Source of the DNA: Alphaproteobacteria bacterium
Lineage (GTDB): Bacteria > Pseudomonadota > Alphaproteobacteria > SHVP01
Length of the DNA: 64,000 nt
Assembly (NCBI GenBank): GCA_947473325.1
Contig: CANJEJ010000003.1
Coordinates: 9,372-73,371, forward strand
Direction: 5' to 3'
Positions within the stretch are counted from its first letter, which is position 1, and the number at the start of each line of letters is the position of its first letter. This document shows positions 9,361 to 18,628 of the stretch, piece after piece. The notes under the pieces are model-generated. The model saw nothing but the letters and a program-made list of their open reading frames with translations. It searched no databases and was not told the DNA's origin. The translations under genes and the position numbers were made by a program.

Positions 9361-10914
9361 ATGACGACAACCATTTTCGCTCGGCGTTGGGGCGCCGCTG
9401 CGCTGGCTGCCGCCGCGCTGATGGCCGGGGCGATCGCGCCCGCCACGGCAGCGACCCAAGACAAGACACTTCGCCTCGCGGTGAACCAGTTCCCGCTCGC
9501 GCTGGGCAATCCCTATCGCGGGTCCGGGTCGCCTGGCACCTATCATTGGGCCGCCGTGTTCGACGCCCCCATCTGGGTGGATGAAACGGGCAAGCCGACA
9601 CCGGCCCTCGCCGCGCGCTGGCAGAACACCAGCCCGACGACGTGGCGCGTGTGGCTGAAGCCCAACGTCACCTTTTCCAACGGCGAGCCGGTGAATGCCG
9701 ATGCCGTGATCGCCAACCGCCAGTGGCTGGCAAGCGAAGAAGGCAAGGTGCAAGGCAACTCGGCCGAGCAGATCATTCGCAGCCTCGCGGAGTTCACCAA
9801 GGTCGACAACCTGACCTTCGACGTGCGCACCGAGAAGCCTGATCCCGTCATGCCGGCGCGGCTTGCCGGCCTCTATATGGTCCCGCCGAAATATTTCAAG
9901 GAAGCGGGTGTCACCGGCTTCACGCGCAAGCCGATTGGCACCGGCCCCTATGTCCATCAGGACTGGGGCGCCGACAACCTCGCGAAGCTTGAAGCATGGG
10001 AAGGCTCGTGGCGGCCGCCCAAGATCCGCCGCCTGGAAATGTTCAAGCTGGAGGAACGCGCGGCGCGCCTGCAAGCCTTCCTGTCAAAGCAGGTCGACAT
10101 CATGCAGGGCGTCAACCCGGAGAACTTCCCGCAAATCGAAGCCGCGGGCGGCCTGATCGACATCGCGGGTTCGCCGCAGACGGTGTCAATGGCGCTGTTC
10201 ACCCAGGGCGTGACCGCGGATTTGAAGCCGATCCAGGATCGCCGCGTGCGGCTGGCCCTGAACCATGCGATCGACACCAAGGCCTATGTCGACGCCTATC
10301 TTCGCGGCTTTGGCGGCAAGCCGAGTGGCACGCATATCCCGTCGACCGCGCAGGGCTATCACGCCCTGTCGCCGCACGGCTATGACCTGAACAAAGCCAA
10401 GGCGCTGATGGCGGAGGCGGGCTACCCGAACGGCGGCTTCGAGCTGCTGATCGAAGGTGTGATCGGCGGCCAGCCCGCGGATTCGGAAATCTATCAGCAG
10501 GTGTCGCAGGACATCGGCAAGCTGGGCGTGAAGGTGAACGTGCGCCAGACGGCCTTTGCCGACTATATCCGCAAGCTGCTGCAGACCCAGTGGGAAGGCC
10601 AGGGCTATGTGGCGATCAATGCGGTTTCGCCGCTGAATGACGCGATCCAGGGCATGTTCTACCAGAGCTGCCTGAACCCGAAGCCCTACTACTGCGACAA
10701 GGACCTGGAACCGCTGTTCGCCCAGGTTGCTGTCGAGTTCGACATGAAGAAGCGCAACGATGCGCTGGCCAAGATCCAGGAAAAGTACAAGTCCGAGGCC
10801 GCGCACATCATGTTGCACGAGATCGTCGACCTGACCGCCGTGCAACGCAACGTGAAGAACTTCAAGAACCGCGTGCGCACCTTCAACTACGAGGACATCG
10901 AGTTCGCCAACTGA
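9361..10914 (+). CDS. ABC transporter substrate-binding protein, family 5 (peptide/nickel type)
   Basis: Signal peptide MTTTIFARRWGAAALAAAALMAG, ~517 aa with SBP_bac_5-like features. Start at the internal Met of ORF 9199..10914. Confidence 0.8.
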   Translation: MTTTIFARRWGAAALAAAALMAGAIAPATAATQDKTLRLAVNQFPLALGNPYRGSGSPGTYHWAAVFDAPIWVDETGKPTPALAARWQNTSPTTWRVWLKPNVTFSNGEPVNADAVIANRQWLASEEGKVQGNSAEQIIRSLAEFTKVDNLTFDVRTEKPDPVMPARLAGLYMVPPKYFKEAGVTGFTRKPIGTGPYVHQDWGADNLAKLEAWEGSWRPPKIRRLEMFKLEERAARLQAFLSKQVDIMQGVNPENFPQIEAAGGLIDIAGSPQTVSMALFTQGVTADLKPIQDRRVRLALNHAIDTKAYVDAYLRGFGGKPSGTHIPSTAQGYHALSPHGYDLNKAKALMAEAGYPNGGFELLIEGVIGGQPADSEIYQQVSQDIGKLGVKVNVRQTAFADYIRKLLQTQWEGQGYVAINAVSPLNDAIQGMFYQSCLNPKPYYCDKDLEPLFAQVAVEFDMKKRNDALAKIQEKYKSEAAHIMLHEIVDLTAVQRNVKNFKNRVRTFNYEDIEFAN

Positions 10915-10935
10915 GGCGACCTCGCAGAAACAAGA

Positions 10936-10967
10936 CCCCCGCCGGCGACGGCGGGGGTTTTTCTTTG
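10936..10967 (+). terminator. Rho-independent terminator (cccccgccggcgacggcggggg + TTTTTCTTT)
   Basis: Perfect GC stem followed by a T-run immediately after the SBP stop. Confidence 0.8.
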
Positions 10968-10970
10968 CTT

Positions 10971-11831
10971 TCAGTAAGGCGTATGGCCCGCGTCCTCACG
11001 CGCCAGCGCACGCAGGTGTTCCGGCAGGATCGGCTTGTAGGCCGGCATGTCGAGCGGCCGCGGACGGATCTCGTCGACATAGGTGGTCGAGAACGGCCCG
11101 CCTCGCGTGCGGAAGAAGGCCCGGAAACCCGTGAGTGATGCGCCTGGCCCGTGCAGGAGGCCGGCGGGCCGCCAGAAATAGGCGCCGGCGCGCATCGGCC
11201 CCTGCGGCCAGCGCAACTCGCCGTCCAGCAGATACATTTCCTCGACGCAGTCGGGATGGTGTTCGAGATGGCCGGTCTTCGGCAGGTTCTCGCGCGTATC
11301 CGCTCCCTTGGTCAGGATCCAGCTGCGCTCGCCCGTGTAGGGATCCTCGCGCAGTCGCTTGATGCCGATTTCGCTGCCGGCAAGCTTGTGCTCGAAGCCA
11401 TAGTCATAGGACAGCGACTCGCTGTCGGCGACGACCAGCCGTGCTGCATCGTGACGGCCGTCCAGGCCCACGATCCGTTTCTGCGGTCCTTCGAAAAAGG
11501 TCAGCACCACCGCGCCGTCCGGCGACGCCATGCCGGCGCGGGGAAAGCCCACCGGCAGGAAGCCATAGCCGCGCCGCCCGAAGATGCGGTCGCCGATGCG
11601 CAGGCTTCCGTCAAGCACGAGGAACTCCTCGTCGCCGGGCAGCGTATGCGATTCACCCAGCGTCCAGCCGCGCGGATATCGGATCAGCATCGAGCAGGCG
11701 CCGTTTTCCGGTACCGCTGTCTCCGCACTGAGAATGCGGATGTCGGCGCCCGGGCGCGCACCGCCTGGTGCCGACGCCTGCCAGGGCAGCACCTGAGCCT
11801 GGATGTATTCGATGTGCGGGCGTTCGCCCAT
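10971..11831 (-). CDS. Bicupin-domain protein (DUF4437-like), paralog A
   Basis: Two cupin-like halves; paralogous to the adjacent gene (PHIEYIQAQVLPW vs PHIEFLQSQVLPW). Confidence 0.65.
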   Translation of the reverse strand: MGERPHIEYIQAQVLPWQASAPGGARPGADIRILSAETAVPENGACSMLIRYPRGWTLGESHTLPGDEEFLVLDGSLRIGDRIFGRRGYGFLPVGFPRAGMASPDGAVVLTFFEGPQKRIVGLDGRHDAARLVVADSESLSYDYGFEHKLAGSEIGIKRLREDPYTGERSWILTKGADTRENLPKTGHLEHHPDCVEEMYLLDGELRWPQGPMRAGAYFWRPAGLLHGPGASLTGFRAFFRTRGGPFSTTYVDEIRPRPLDMPAYKPILPEHLRALAREDAGHTPY

Positions 11832-11833
11832 CG

Positions 11834-12679
11834 TCAATAGGCCTGCCCGGCGGGCACGGGCGCATCCTTGTATTTCTGGAGGTCGGGCGGCAGCACCGGC
11901 TGGTAGGGCGCGTCCCACTGGATGGTTTCGGTGTGGCTCGTCCAGTTGGTGCTGAAGGGCCCTTCCTTGCAGCGGAAGAACGCCGTGCAGCCGGGCTTCG
12001 AGGCGATTGGACCGTGCTGGATTCCGCCGGGGCGCCAGAAATAGGCCCCTTGCCGCAGCACGCCCCAGGGCATGGAGATGGCGCCATCGAGCAGCAGCAT
12101 CTCCTCGACGAAGGGATGCGTCTCGAGCGGCGCCGCCTTGAGGTCCGGGCTCGACGTGCCCATGCGCAGGATCCAGGTCCGCTCGCCCGAGTCGGGATCC
12201 AGCCGCAGCACCAGCTTGGCAAGCCCGCTGCCCACCACCTTGGGATCGACGCCCGCGACATCCCAGGCCGCCGTTTTCGTGTCGACCTTCTCCACCAGCT
12301 TGCGCTTGTCATAGCCCGCGCCGCCGTCGAAATGGTTGTCGTGCTTGTGGGGGAAGAAGGTAAGCACGTCGGCGCCCTTGCTCACGCGCATGGGGCCGCG
12401 CGGAAAATCCTTGGGCAGGAAGGCATAGGCGCCCTCGCCATAGACCGTGTCGCCGATACTGACCTCGCCCTTCAGAACGTAGAACTCTTCGTCCGAGTCG
12501 AGGCGGTGCGGACGATCGATGGCAAAGCCGGCGGGGTAGCGCAGGATGACGCTGACGGCGCCTGCCTCGGCATCACGGCTGAGAATCTTGCAGTCTGCCC
12601 CCGGACGCGCCGCCGTGCCGGGCAAGGTGAACCACGGCAGGACCTGGGACTGCAGGAATTCGATATGGGGCCGTGCCAT
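11834..12679 (-). CDS. Bicupin-domain protein (DUF4437-like), paralog B
   Basis: Same architecture as the downstream paralog; tandem duplication. Confidence 0.65.
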   Translation of the reverse strand: MARPHIEFLQSQVLPWFTLPGTAARPGADCKILSRDAEAGAVSVILRYPAGFAIDRPHRLDSDEEFYVLKGEVSIGDTVYGEGAYAFLPKDFPRGPMRVSKGADVLTFFPHKHDNHFDGGAGYDKRKLVEKVDTKTAAWDVAGVDPKVVGSGLAKLVLRLDPDSGERTWILRMGTSSPDLKAAPLETHPFVEEMLLLDGAISMPWGVLRQGAYFWRPGGIQHGPIASKPGCTAFFRCKEGPFSTNWTSHTETIQWDAPYQPVLPPDLQKYKDAPVPAGQAY

Positions 12680-12696
12680 GGGGAACCTCGCCTGTC

Positions 12697-12728
12697 TGTG
12701 GTGCCCGAGTATGGGCACGGCTTTTTTT
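12697..12728 (+). terminator. Terminator-like hairpin (gtgccc-gagtat-gggcac) + T7 in the leader region upstream of the EF-hand/ECF operon; possible attenuator
   Basis: Stem-loop followed by 'ggcttttttt', read from the sequence. No plus-strand gene lies immediately upstream. Confidence 0.3.
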
Positions 12729-12810
12729 CATGTCCACGCGACGGATGCACGCCCGGGGCGGCGTGTAGGGATTCAGGAAGGCCGTTACGCTTCTCTCAGG
12801 AGTTCATTTC

Positions 12811-13308
12811 ATGTCGTTTTCACGCATTTTGACCGCTGGTGCCGTTGTTTCCGCCCTCGCCCTGGGTGCCGGCGCCACCCTGGCCCAGACCGCCCCGGCC
12901 CCCACGGCACCGCCGCCGCCCGCCGCCGGAATGGGTCCGCATGGCCATGGCCACCGCGCCCAGAGCTTCGTCGAGCTGTTCGACACCAACAAGGACGGCA
13001 AGGCCTCGACCGACGAGATCATGGCCGAGCACACCCGCCTGTTCGGCGCCTCGGACGTCGACAAGGACGGCAGCCTGTCGGTGGATGAATTCCGCCGCCG
13101 TGGCCGCTTGATCCAGAGCCTCGGGACCACCACCATCTTTGACATGCTCGATGCCAATGGCGACGGCAAGATCTCGCAGGCCGAACTCGACGCGCCAACC
13201 AAGCGCTGGGTGGCCCGCTATGATGCCAACAAGGATGGCGCCATGGGCGTGGATGAACTGCCTGGCCGTGATCACGGCCAGGGTGGCCCGCGCCACGGTC
13301 GCCGCTAG
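12811..13308 (+). CDS. Secreted EF-hand calcium-binding protein (4 EF-hand loops)
   Basis: Signal peptide plus DTNKDGKASTDE, DVDKDGSLSVDE, DANGDGKISQAE and DANKDGAMGVDE loops. Confidence 0.8.
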   Translation: MSFSRILTAGAVVSALALGAGATLAQTAPAPTAPPPPAAGMGPHGHGHRAQSFVELFDTNKDGKASTDEIMAEHTRLFGASDVDKDGSLSVDEFRRRGRLIQSLGTTTIFDMLDANGDGKISQAELDAPTKRWVARYDANKDGAMGVDELPGRDHGQGGPRHGRR

Positions 13309-13327
13309 GACCTGAAGCCCCTGCTGC

Positions 13328-13939
13328 ATGCCACGCCATGAACCGCCGCCGGACATATCCCCCACCGCCTCTGCGGCGACTGGTGATTCCGATGACGATC
13401 TCGTGCGCGGCATTGCGGCAGGGAATCAGGCCGCCTGGGGCGTCCTGCTGGCCCGCTACCTCGACCGGATCACCGGTTATGCGTGGCACATGCTGAGGGA
13501 CCACGCCGAGGCAGAGGACGTGGCGCAGGAGACCTTCATGCGCCTGATGAACAAGGCCGCCACCTGGCAGCCGGGGGGCGCCAAGCTGTCGACCTGGCTT
13601 TACCGCGTGGCGATCAACCAGTGCATCGACCGCCGCCGCGCCAAACGGCCCGAATCGATTGAAACCGTGCCGGATTTCGCCGCCGAAGGCGGGGATGAGA
13701 ACGATCTGGGCCGCCGCCTGGACCTGACGAACAAGGTGCGCCGCGCGCTGGATACCCTGCCGGAGCGGCAGCTGGAGGCGATTGCGCTGGTGCACTACCA
13801 GGGCATGAGCAACATTGAGGCGGCCGGCCTGCTTGAAGTGAGCGTCGATGCGCTCGAGTCGCTGCTCGCCCGCGCGCGCCGCGCGCTCCGAGCCGAGTTG
13901 TCGCCGGTGGCCGCCGACCTGCTGGAAGAATGGTCATGA
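13328..13939 (+). CDS. RNA polymerase sigma-70 factor, ECF subfamily
   Basis: Region 2 (AAWGVLLARYLDRITGYAW...EDVAQETF) and region 4 (LPERQLEAIALVHYQGMSNIEAAGLL). Confidence 0.85.
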   Translation: MPRHEPPPDISPTASAATGDSDDDLVRGIAAGNQAAWGVLLARYLDRITGYAWHMLRDHAEAEDVAQETFMRLMNKAATWQPGGAKLSTWLYRVAINQCIDRRRAKRPESIETVPDFAAEGGDENDLGRRLDLTNKVRRALDTLPERQLEAIALVHYQGMSNIEAAGLLEVSVDALESLLARARRALRAELSPVAADLLEEWS

Positions 13940-14391
13940 CGCAGAACCCAGACATGGATCTCGCCCGTTTTGCCGCCCTGACGGACGCCTATGGCGCCGC
14001 GCCGGGCCAGTGGCCGGCGGGCGAGCGGGCGAACGCCGAAGCCTTCCTGGCGCGTTCCGCCGACGCCCGCCGGCTGCAAGACGAGGCCGCGCAGCTGGAC
14101 ACCGTCCTGTCACGTGTGAGCGCGCCGGCAGCCAGCGATGCGCTGCAGAACCGGCTAATAGCCGTGATGGCGCAGAAACATGGCCCGCGCCCCGGCATTC
14201 TGATGTGGATCGCCTCGCATCCCATCGCGCGGCCGATCATGCTGACGGCGATGGCCGTGCTCGGGCTCTATCTCGGGATGGCGTCCGGTCCGATGACCGC
14301 CGAAGCCGAAGACGACGCCGTGGAATTCGAAGTGGTGGCCGGCGGCGCGGCCCCCGGTGGTATCGTGGACTTCCTGGAGATGAGCGAATGA
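13930..14391 (+). CDS. Putative anti-sigma factor (single-pass membrane protein)
   Basis: Overlaps the sigma-gene stop; one TM segment (IMLTAMAVLGLYLGMA); positionally typical for an anti-sigma factor. Confidence 0.55.
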   Translation: MVMTQNPDMDLARFAALTDAYGAAPGQWPAGERANAEAFLARSADARRLQDEAAQLDTVLSRVSAPAASDALQNRLIAVMAQKHGPRPGILMWIASHPIARPIMLTAMAVLGLYLGMASGPMTAEAEDDAVEFEVVAGGAAPGGIVDFLEMSE

Positions 14392-14927
14392 CCACGACCC
14401 CCGCCCCGGACAGCCGCCGCCGCTGGTTCGGCATCGCGCTCTTCGCCTCGCTCGCCGTCAACCTGCTGCTTGTCGGCATTGTGGTCGGCGCGATGATCGG
14501 CGGCCGGCCGCATGGCCTGCCTTTTGGCGGCCCGCCACGCGGTGGCCCCGACGTCGTGCGCGGCGGCAATTTCGGCCAGATGTCGGAACCGACGCGGCAG
14601 CGTGTCAGTGCCGTGATGGAAGCCCGTGGCGATGCCATGCGTACCCGCGTGCGCGCGATGCGCGGCGCCCAGCGTGAAGCCGAACGCGTGCTCTCGGCCG
14701 AACCCTATGACGCCGAGAAGGCCACCGCCGCGCTGCGCGCACTGCGCCAGCGCACGGAGGAACTGCAGGCGGAAATCCATGCGGCGCTGGCCGAGGTGGC
14801 CAAGGACCTGCCGCAGAACGAACGCGCCCGTCTCGGCCGCACCATTTTCCTCAGCACCTTCTACGGCATGCCGCTGGCCGAGCTTTCGCCGCCGCCACGC
14901 CCGCCGCACCGACACCGCCTGGGTTAA
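14388..14927 (+). CDS. Periplasmic LTXXQ-type (CpxP/Spy/heavy-metal-sensor-like) protein
   Basis: N-terminal TM/signal segment, helical Arg/Glu-rich body, 4-bp overlap with the anti-sigma gene. Start at the internal ATG 14388 of ORF 13848..14927. Confidence 0.55.
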   Translation: MTTTPAPDSRRRWFGIALFASLAVNLLLVGIVVGAMIGGRPHGLPFGGPPRGGPDVVRGGNFGQMSEPTRQRVSAVMEARGDAMRTRVRAMRGAQREAERVLSAEPYDAEKATAALRALRQRTEELQAEIHAALAEVAKDLPQNERARLGRTIFLSTFYGMPLAELSPPPRPPHRHRLG

Positions 14928-14930
14928 GCT

Positions 14931-16607
14931 ATGCAAATGAAGCGCGCCACTCTCTACGCCGTCGGCGGCGTTGCCCTTGCGGCTGCCATCGGCGCCTTCG
15001 TGCTGGGCGGCGGCAAGTCAGACGCCACGGTGTACAAGTTCGCCGCCGTCGACCGGGGCGATGTGGTCAGCACGATCTCGACCTCGGGCACACTGGGTGC
15101 GGTGGTGCAGGTCGACGTCAGCTCGCAGGTCTCGGGCCAGATCGCGCAGCTTAACGTCGACTTCAACAGCCCGGTGAAGAAGGGTGACGTGATCGCCCGC
15201 CTCGATCCACAGACCTACGAAGCGCGCCTGCGCCAGTCCGATGCGGAGTTAGCGGTTGCGCGCGCCAACCTGACGATGCAGCGCGCCTCGGTGGGCCGCA
15301 CCCAGGCCGACCTGTTAAGCGCCCGCGCCAACCTGGAGAATATCCAGTTTCGTCGCGCCAACGCTGAACGCGAACTCGCCCGCCGCGAAGAGCTTGTCGT
15401 CCGCGGCGTCGGCACCGTGCAGGCACGCGACACCGCCCGCACCGAGCTCGATTCGCTCGGCGCCCAGGCCAATGCCCTGCGGGCGGCGATCGCCGCCGCC
15501 GAGGCCCAGGTGAAGATGGCCGACGCACAGGTCGAGAACGCTGCAGCGGCGGTCCAGCAGCGCGAAGCCACCCTGACGCAGGCAAAGATCGACTTGGAAC
15601 GCACCATCATTCGCGCCCCGGTTGATGGCACCGTCATCAACCGCGCCGTGAATCTGGGGCAGACTGTCGCCGCCAGCCTGAACGCGCCGGTGCTGTTCGT
15701 GATCGCGCAGGACCTGAAGGCGATGCAGGTCGAGGCGGATGTCGACGAGGCGGATATCGGCCGCGTGCGGCCCGGCCTGCCCGTCACCTTCACGGTCGAT
15801 GCCTTTGCCGGCAGAACCTTCCGCGGCAGCGTGCAACAGGTGCGGCAGCTGGCGGAGAAGGTGCAGAACGTCGTCACCTACACCGTCGTGGTTTCTGCCG
15901 ACAACACGAGCGGCGAATTGCTGCCCGGCATGACGGCCAATGTCCAGATCGTGCTCGACCAGCGCAATGCCGTGTTGCGCGTTCCGAACGCGGCCTTGCG
16001 CTTCCGCCCGCCCGGCGCGACTCCCGCCCCGGCATCGGGCGGCGCCATTGCCGGCGGACCACCTGGCGCTGCCGGCGTACCGTCTGGCGCGGGACAACCC
16101 GCCGCGGCGCGTTCGGGCGCCGGCGGTCCTCCGGGTGCGGCGGGACAAGGCGGCGCGGCCCAGGGCGAGCTGGTGAACCGCCTGATCGTCGAGTTGGGCC
16201 TGACCGCTGCGCAGCAGGAACAGCTGCGCGCGATCGGCGCCGAGGCTCGCGAAACCGCACAGCGACTGCGCAGCCAGGGTGCAGGCCGGGAAGAACTGGC
16301 CGCGGAAGCCCAGCGCAGCCGGGCCGCGTTCAATGAACGCCTGCGCGGCATCCTGACCGAGGAACAGAAGATCAAGTTTGCAGCCCTGCAGCAGGACCAG
16401 CGGCCGGGCGCGGGTGGCGGAACCAATGGACGAGTCTGGGTGCTGGACGAGAAAGGTCAGCCCCGGGCCGTGGCCGTGCGCTACGGCGCCACCAACGGAT
16501 CGATGACCGAAATCCTGTCCGGCGAAGTGAAGGAAGGCCAACAGGTAATCGTGGCCGCCACCGCCCCCGCGGCGCGCAACGCCGGGCTGACCGGAATCCG
16601 GTTCTAG
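14931..16607 (+). CDS. MacA-like efflux adaptor (HlyD/RND membrane-fusion family) with an inserted Gly/Ala/Pro linker and an LTXXQ helical module
   Basis: Lipoyl/beta-barrel motifs (IRAPVDGTVI, GRTFRGSVQQV), a long coiled-coil, and an insertion containing LTAAQQEQL...LTEEQKIKF before the final MP-domain strand. Confidence 0.8.
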   Translation: MQMKRATLYAVGGVALAAAIGAFVLGGGKSDATVYKFAAVDRGDVVSTISTSGTLGAVVQVDVSSQVSGQIAQLNVDFNSPVKKGDVIARLDPQTYEARLRQSDAELAVARANLTMQRASVGRTQADLLSARANLENIQFRRANAERELARREELVVRGVGTVQARDTARTELDSLGAQANALRAAIAAAEAQVKMADAQVENAAAAVQQREATLTQAKIDLERTIIRAPVDGTVINRAVNLGQTVAASLNAPVLFVIAQDLKAMQVEADVDEADIGRVRPGLPVTFTVDAFAGRTFRGSVQQVRQLAEKVQNVVTYTVVVSADNTSGELLPGMTANVQIVLDQRNAVLRVPNAALRFRPPGATPAPASGGAIAGGPPGAAGVPSGAGQPAAARSGAGGPPGAAGQGGAAQGELVNRLIVELGLTAAQQEQLRAIGAEARETAQRLRSQGAGREELAAEAQRSRAAFNERLRGILTEEQKIKFAALQQDQRPGAGGGTNGRVWVLDEKGQPRAVAVRYGATNGSMTEILSGEVKEGQQVIVAATAPAARNAGLTGIRF

Positions 16608-16616
16608 GCCTTCGTT

Positions 16617-17381
16617 ATGGCCGCCGGCGATGCCCTTATCACGGTCCGCAATCTGACCCGCGAGTATCATCTGGGTGGCGGACTCGTGCGGGCGTTGCGC
16701 GGCGTCTCGCTTCAAATCGGACGCGGGGAGTTTGTTGCCGTGATGGGCCCATCGGGGTCCGGCAAGTCCACCTTCATGAACCTTGTCGGCTGTCTCGACC
16801 GGCCGACGGCGGGCGAATTCCACCTGGATGGCGCGGACATTGCCACGCTCGACAGCGACGCCCTGGCCCGCATCCGGGGCCGCAAGGTCGGCTTCGTGTT
16901 CCAGAGTTTCAACCTGCTCGCCCGCACCAGCGCCATCGAGAATGTCGAGGTGCCGCTGCTCTATGCCAATGTGCCGGCGGCTGAACGCCATGCGCGGGCG
17001 TTGAAGACGCTGGCCGCCGTCGGCCTCGGCGAACGTGGCCACCACCATCCGTCGCAACTGTCGGGCGGTCAGCAGCAGCGCGTCGCCATTGCCCGGGCGC
17101 TTGTCAACGATCCCGTCCTGCTGCTGGCGGACGAACCCACCGGCGCGCTCGACTCGCGCACCGGCGTCGAGATCATGGCGATCTTCCAGGATATGAACCG
17201 GCGCGGCATCACCGTGGTGTTGGTGACGCACGAGCCCGACATCGCCCGCTACGCCGAACGTATCATCAGCTTCCGCGATGGCCTGATCGTCGCCGACGAG
17301 CAGGTGAAGGACCGGCTGGAGGCGAGCGCACAGCTTGCCGCGCTGGACGCCGCCGGCGGCACGATGGAGAGTGCCGCATGA
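16617..17381 (+). CDS. ABC transporter ATP-binding protein, MacB/LolD type
   Basis: Walker [10 protein letters not shown], signature [15 protein letters not shown], Walker [13 protein letters not shown]. Confidence 0.9.
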   Translation: MAAGDALITVRNLTREYHLGGGLVRALRGVSLQIGRGEFVAVMGPSGSGKSTFMNLVGCLDRPTAGEFHLDGADIATLDSDALARIRGRKVGFVFQSFNLLARTSAIENVEVPLLYANVPAAERHARALKTLAAVGLGERGHHHPSQLSGGQQQRVAIARALVNDPVLLLADEPTGALDSRTGVEIMAIFQDMNRRGITVVLVTHEPDIARYAERIISFRDGLIVADEQVKDRLEASAQLAALDAAGGTMESAA

Positions 17382-18613
17382 ACCTGATGATGACCTTCGC
17401 CGTGGCGCTGCGGGCCTTGCGCGTCAATGCACTGCGCAGCGTTCTGACCATGCTCGGCATCATCATCGGCGTGGCGGCCGTTATCACGACGGTAGCGATC
17501 GGCGCCGGCGCGCAGGATCGCGTTTCCGCCCAGATCGCCAACCTTGGCACCAACATCATCACCGTCTTCAACGGTTCGACCAATCAGGGGGGCGTGCAGC
17601 AGGGCAGCGGCACGCAGATCTCGCTGTCGCTTGGCGACGCCGCCGCGATCAACGCGGAAGTTCCCGGCATCGCCGCAGTGGCACCCACCATCCGCAGCAC
17701 CGTCCAGGTGGTGGCCGGCAACCTCAACTGGTCGGCCCCCACTCTCGGCACCTCCGCCGGTTTCTTCACTGCCCGCAGCTGGGATGTCGAGCAGGGCCGC
17801 CTGTTCACGGAAGACGAGGCGCGCCGCGCCGGCAAGGTCGTCGTGCTGGGCGTGACTGTCGCCGCCAATCTGTTTCCAGACGGGGACGCCATCGGCCAGT
17901 ATGTCCGCCTCGCCCAGGTCCCCTTCGAGGTGATCGGCATCCTGCAGAAGAAGGGGCAGAATTCCTTCGGCCAGGATCAGGACGACATTGCCGTCATTCC
18001 CATCGAGACGGCCAAGACCCGCGTTTCCGGCCGGCTGTCGCGCGGCCGCCCGGATGCCGTGCAGCAGATCATGATCAAGGTCGACGATGGCGCGGACATG
18101 AAACAGGTGGAGGCGGACCTGTCTGAGCTGCTGCGCCAGCGGCATCGCATCCAGCCCAACCAGCCCGACGATTTTGTCATCCGCAACCTGTCGGAACTGC
18201 TCGCGACGCGCGAGGCGAGCCAGCGCATCCTGTCGCTGCTGCTGCTTGCAGTGGCCGCCGTGTCGCTGGTGGTGGGTGGCATCGGCATCATGAACATCAT
18301 GCTGGTGTCGGTGACCGAGCGGACGCGCGAGATTGGCCTGCGCATGGCTGTGGGCGCGCGGCGCAAGGACATCCTGGTGCAATTCCTGGTCGAAGCTGTG
18401 ACCCTGTCGCTGATCGGCGGCGCCGTCGGCATCGCCATCGGCCTGGCCGCCTCGGCCATCATCGCCCATTTCGCCGGCTGGCCGACGCTGGTGAAGCCCG
18501 ATTCGCTGATCCTGTCCTTCGTCTTCGCCGGCGCGGTCGGCGTGTTCTTCGGCTTCTACCCCGCACGCAAGGCCGCCCGTCTCGACCCCATCGTGGCGCT
18601 CCGCTACGAATGA
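17378..18613 (+). CDS. ABC transporter permease, MacB/FtsX family
   Basis: N-terminal TM, large periplasmic domain and C-terminal FtsX 3-TM bundle; overlaps the ATPase stop. Confidence 0.85.
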   Translation: MNLMMTFAVALRALRVNALRSVLTMLGIIIGVAAVITTVAIGAGAQDRVSAQIANLGTNIITVFNGSTNQGGVQQGSGTQISLSLGDAAAINAEVPGIAAVAPTIRSTVQVVAGNLNWSAPTLGTSAGFFTARSWDVEQGRLFTEDEARRAGKVVVLGVTVAANLFPDGDAIGQYVRLAQVPFEVIGILQKKGQNSFGQDQDDIAVIPIETAKTRVSGRLSRGRPDAVQQIMIKVDDGADMKQVEADLSELLRQRHRIQPNQPDDFVIRNLSELLATREASQRILSLLLLAVAAVSLVVGGIGIMNIMLVSVTERTREIGLRMAVGARRKDILVQFLVEAVTLSLIGGAVGIAIGLAASAIIAHFAGWPTLVKPDSLILSFVFAGAVGVFFGFYPARKAARLDPIVALRYE

Positions 18614-18628
18614 ATCGTGAGCCGGTTG

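Noticed and set aside
15315-17231. 638-aa minus-strand ORF
   Set aside because: Antisense to macA/macB, which carry unambiguous Walker and HlyD motifs.
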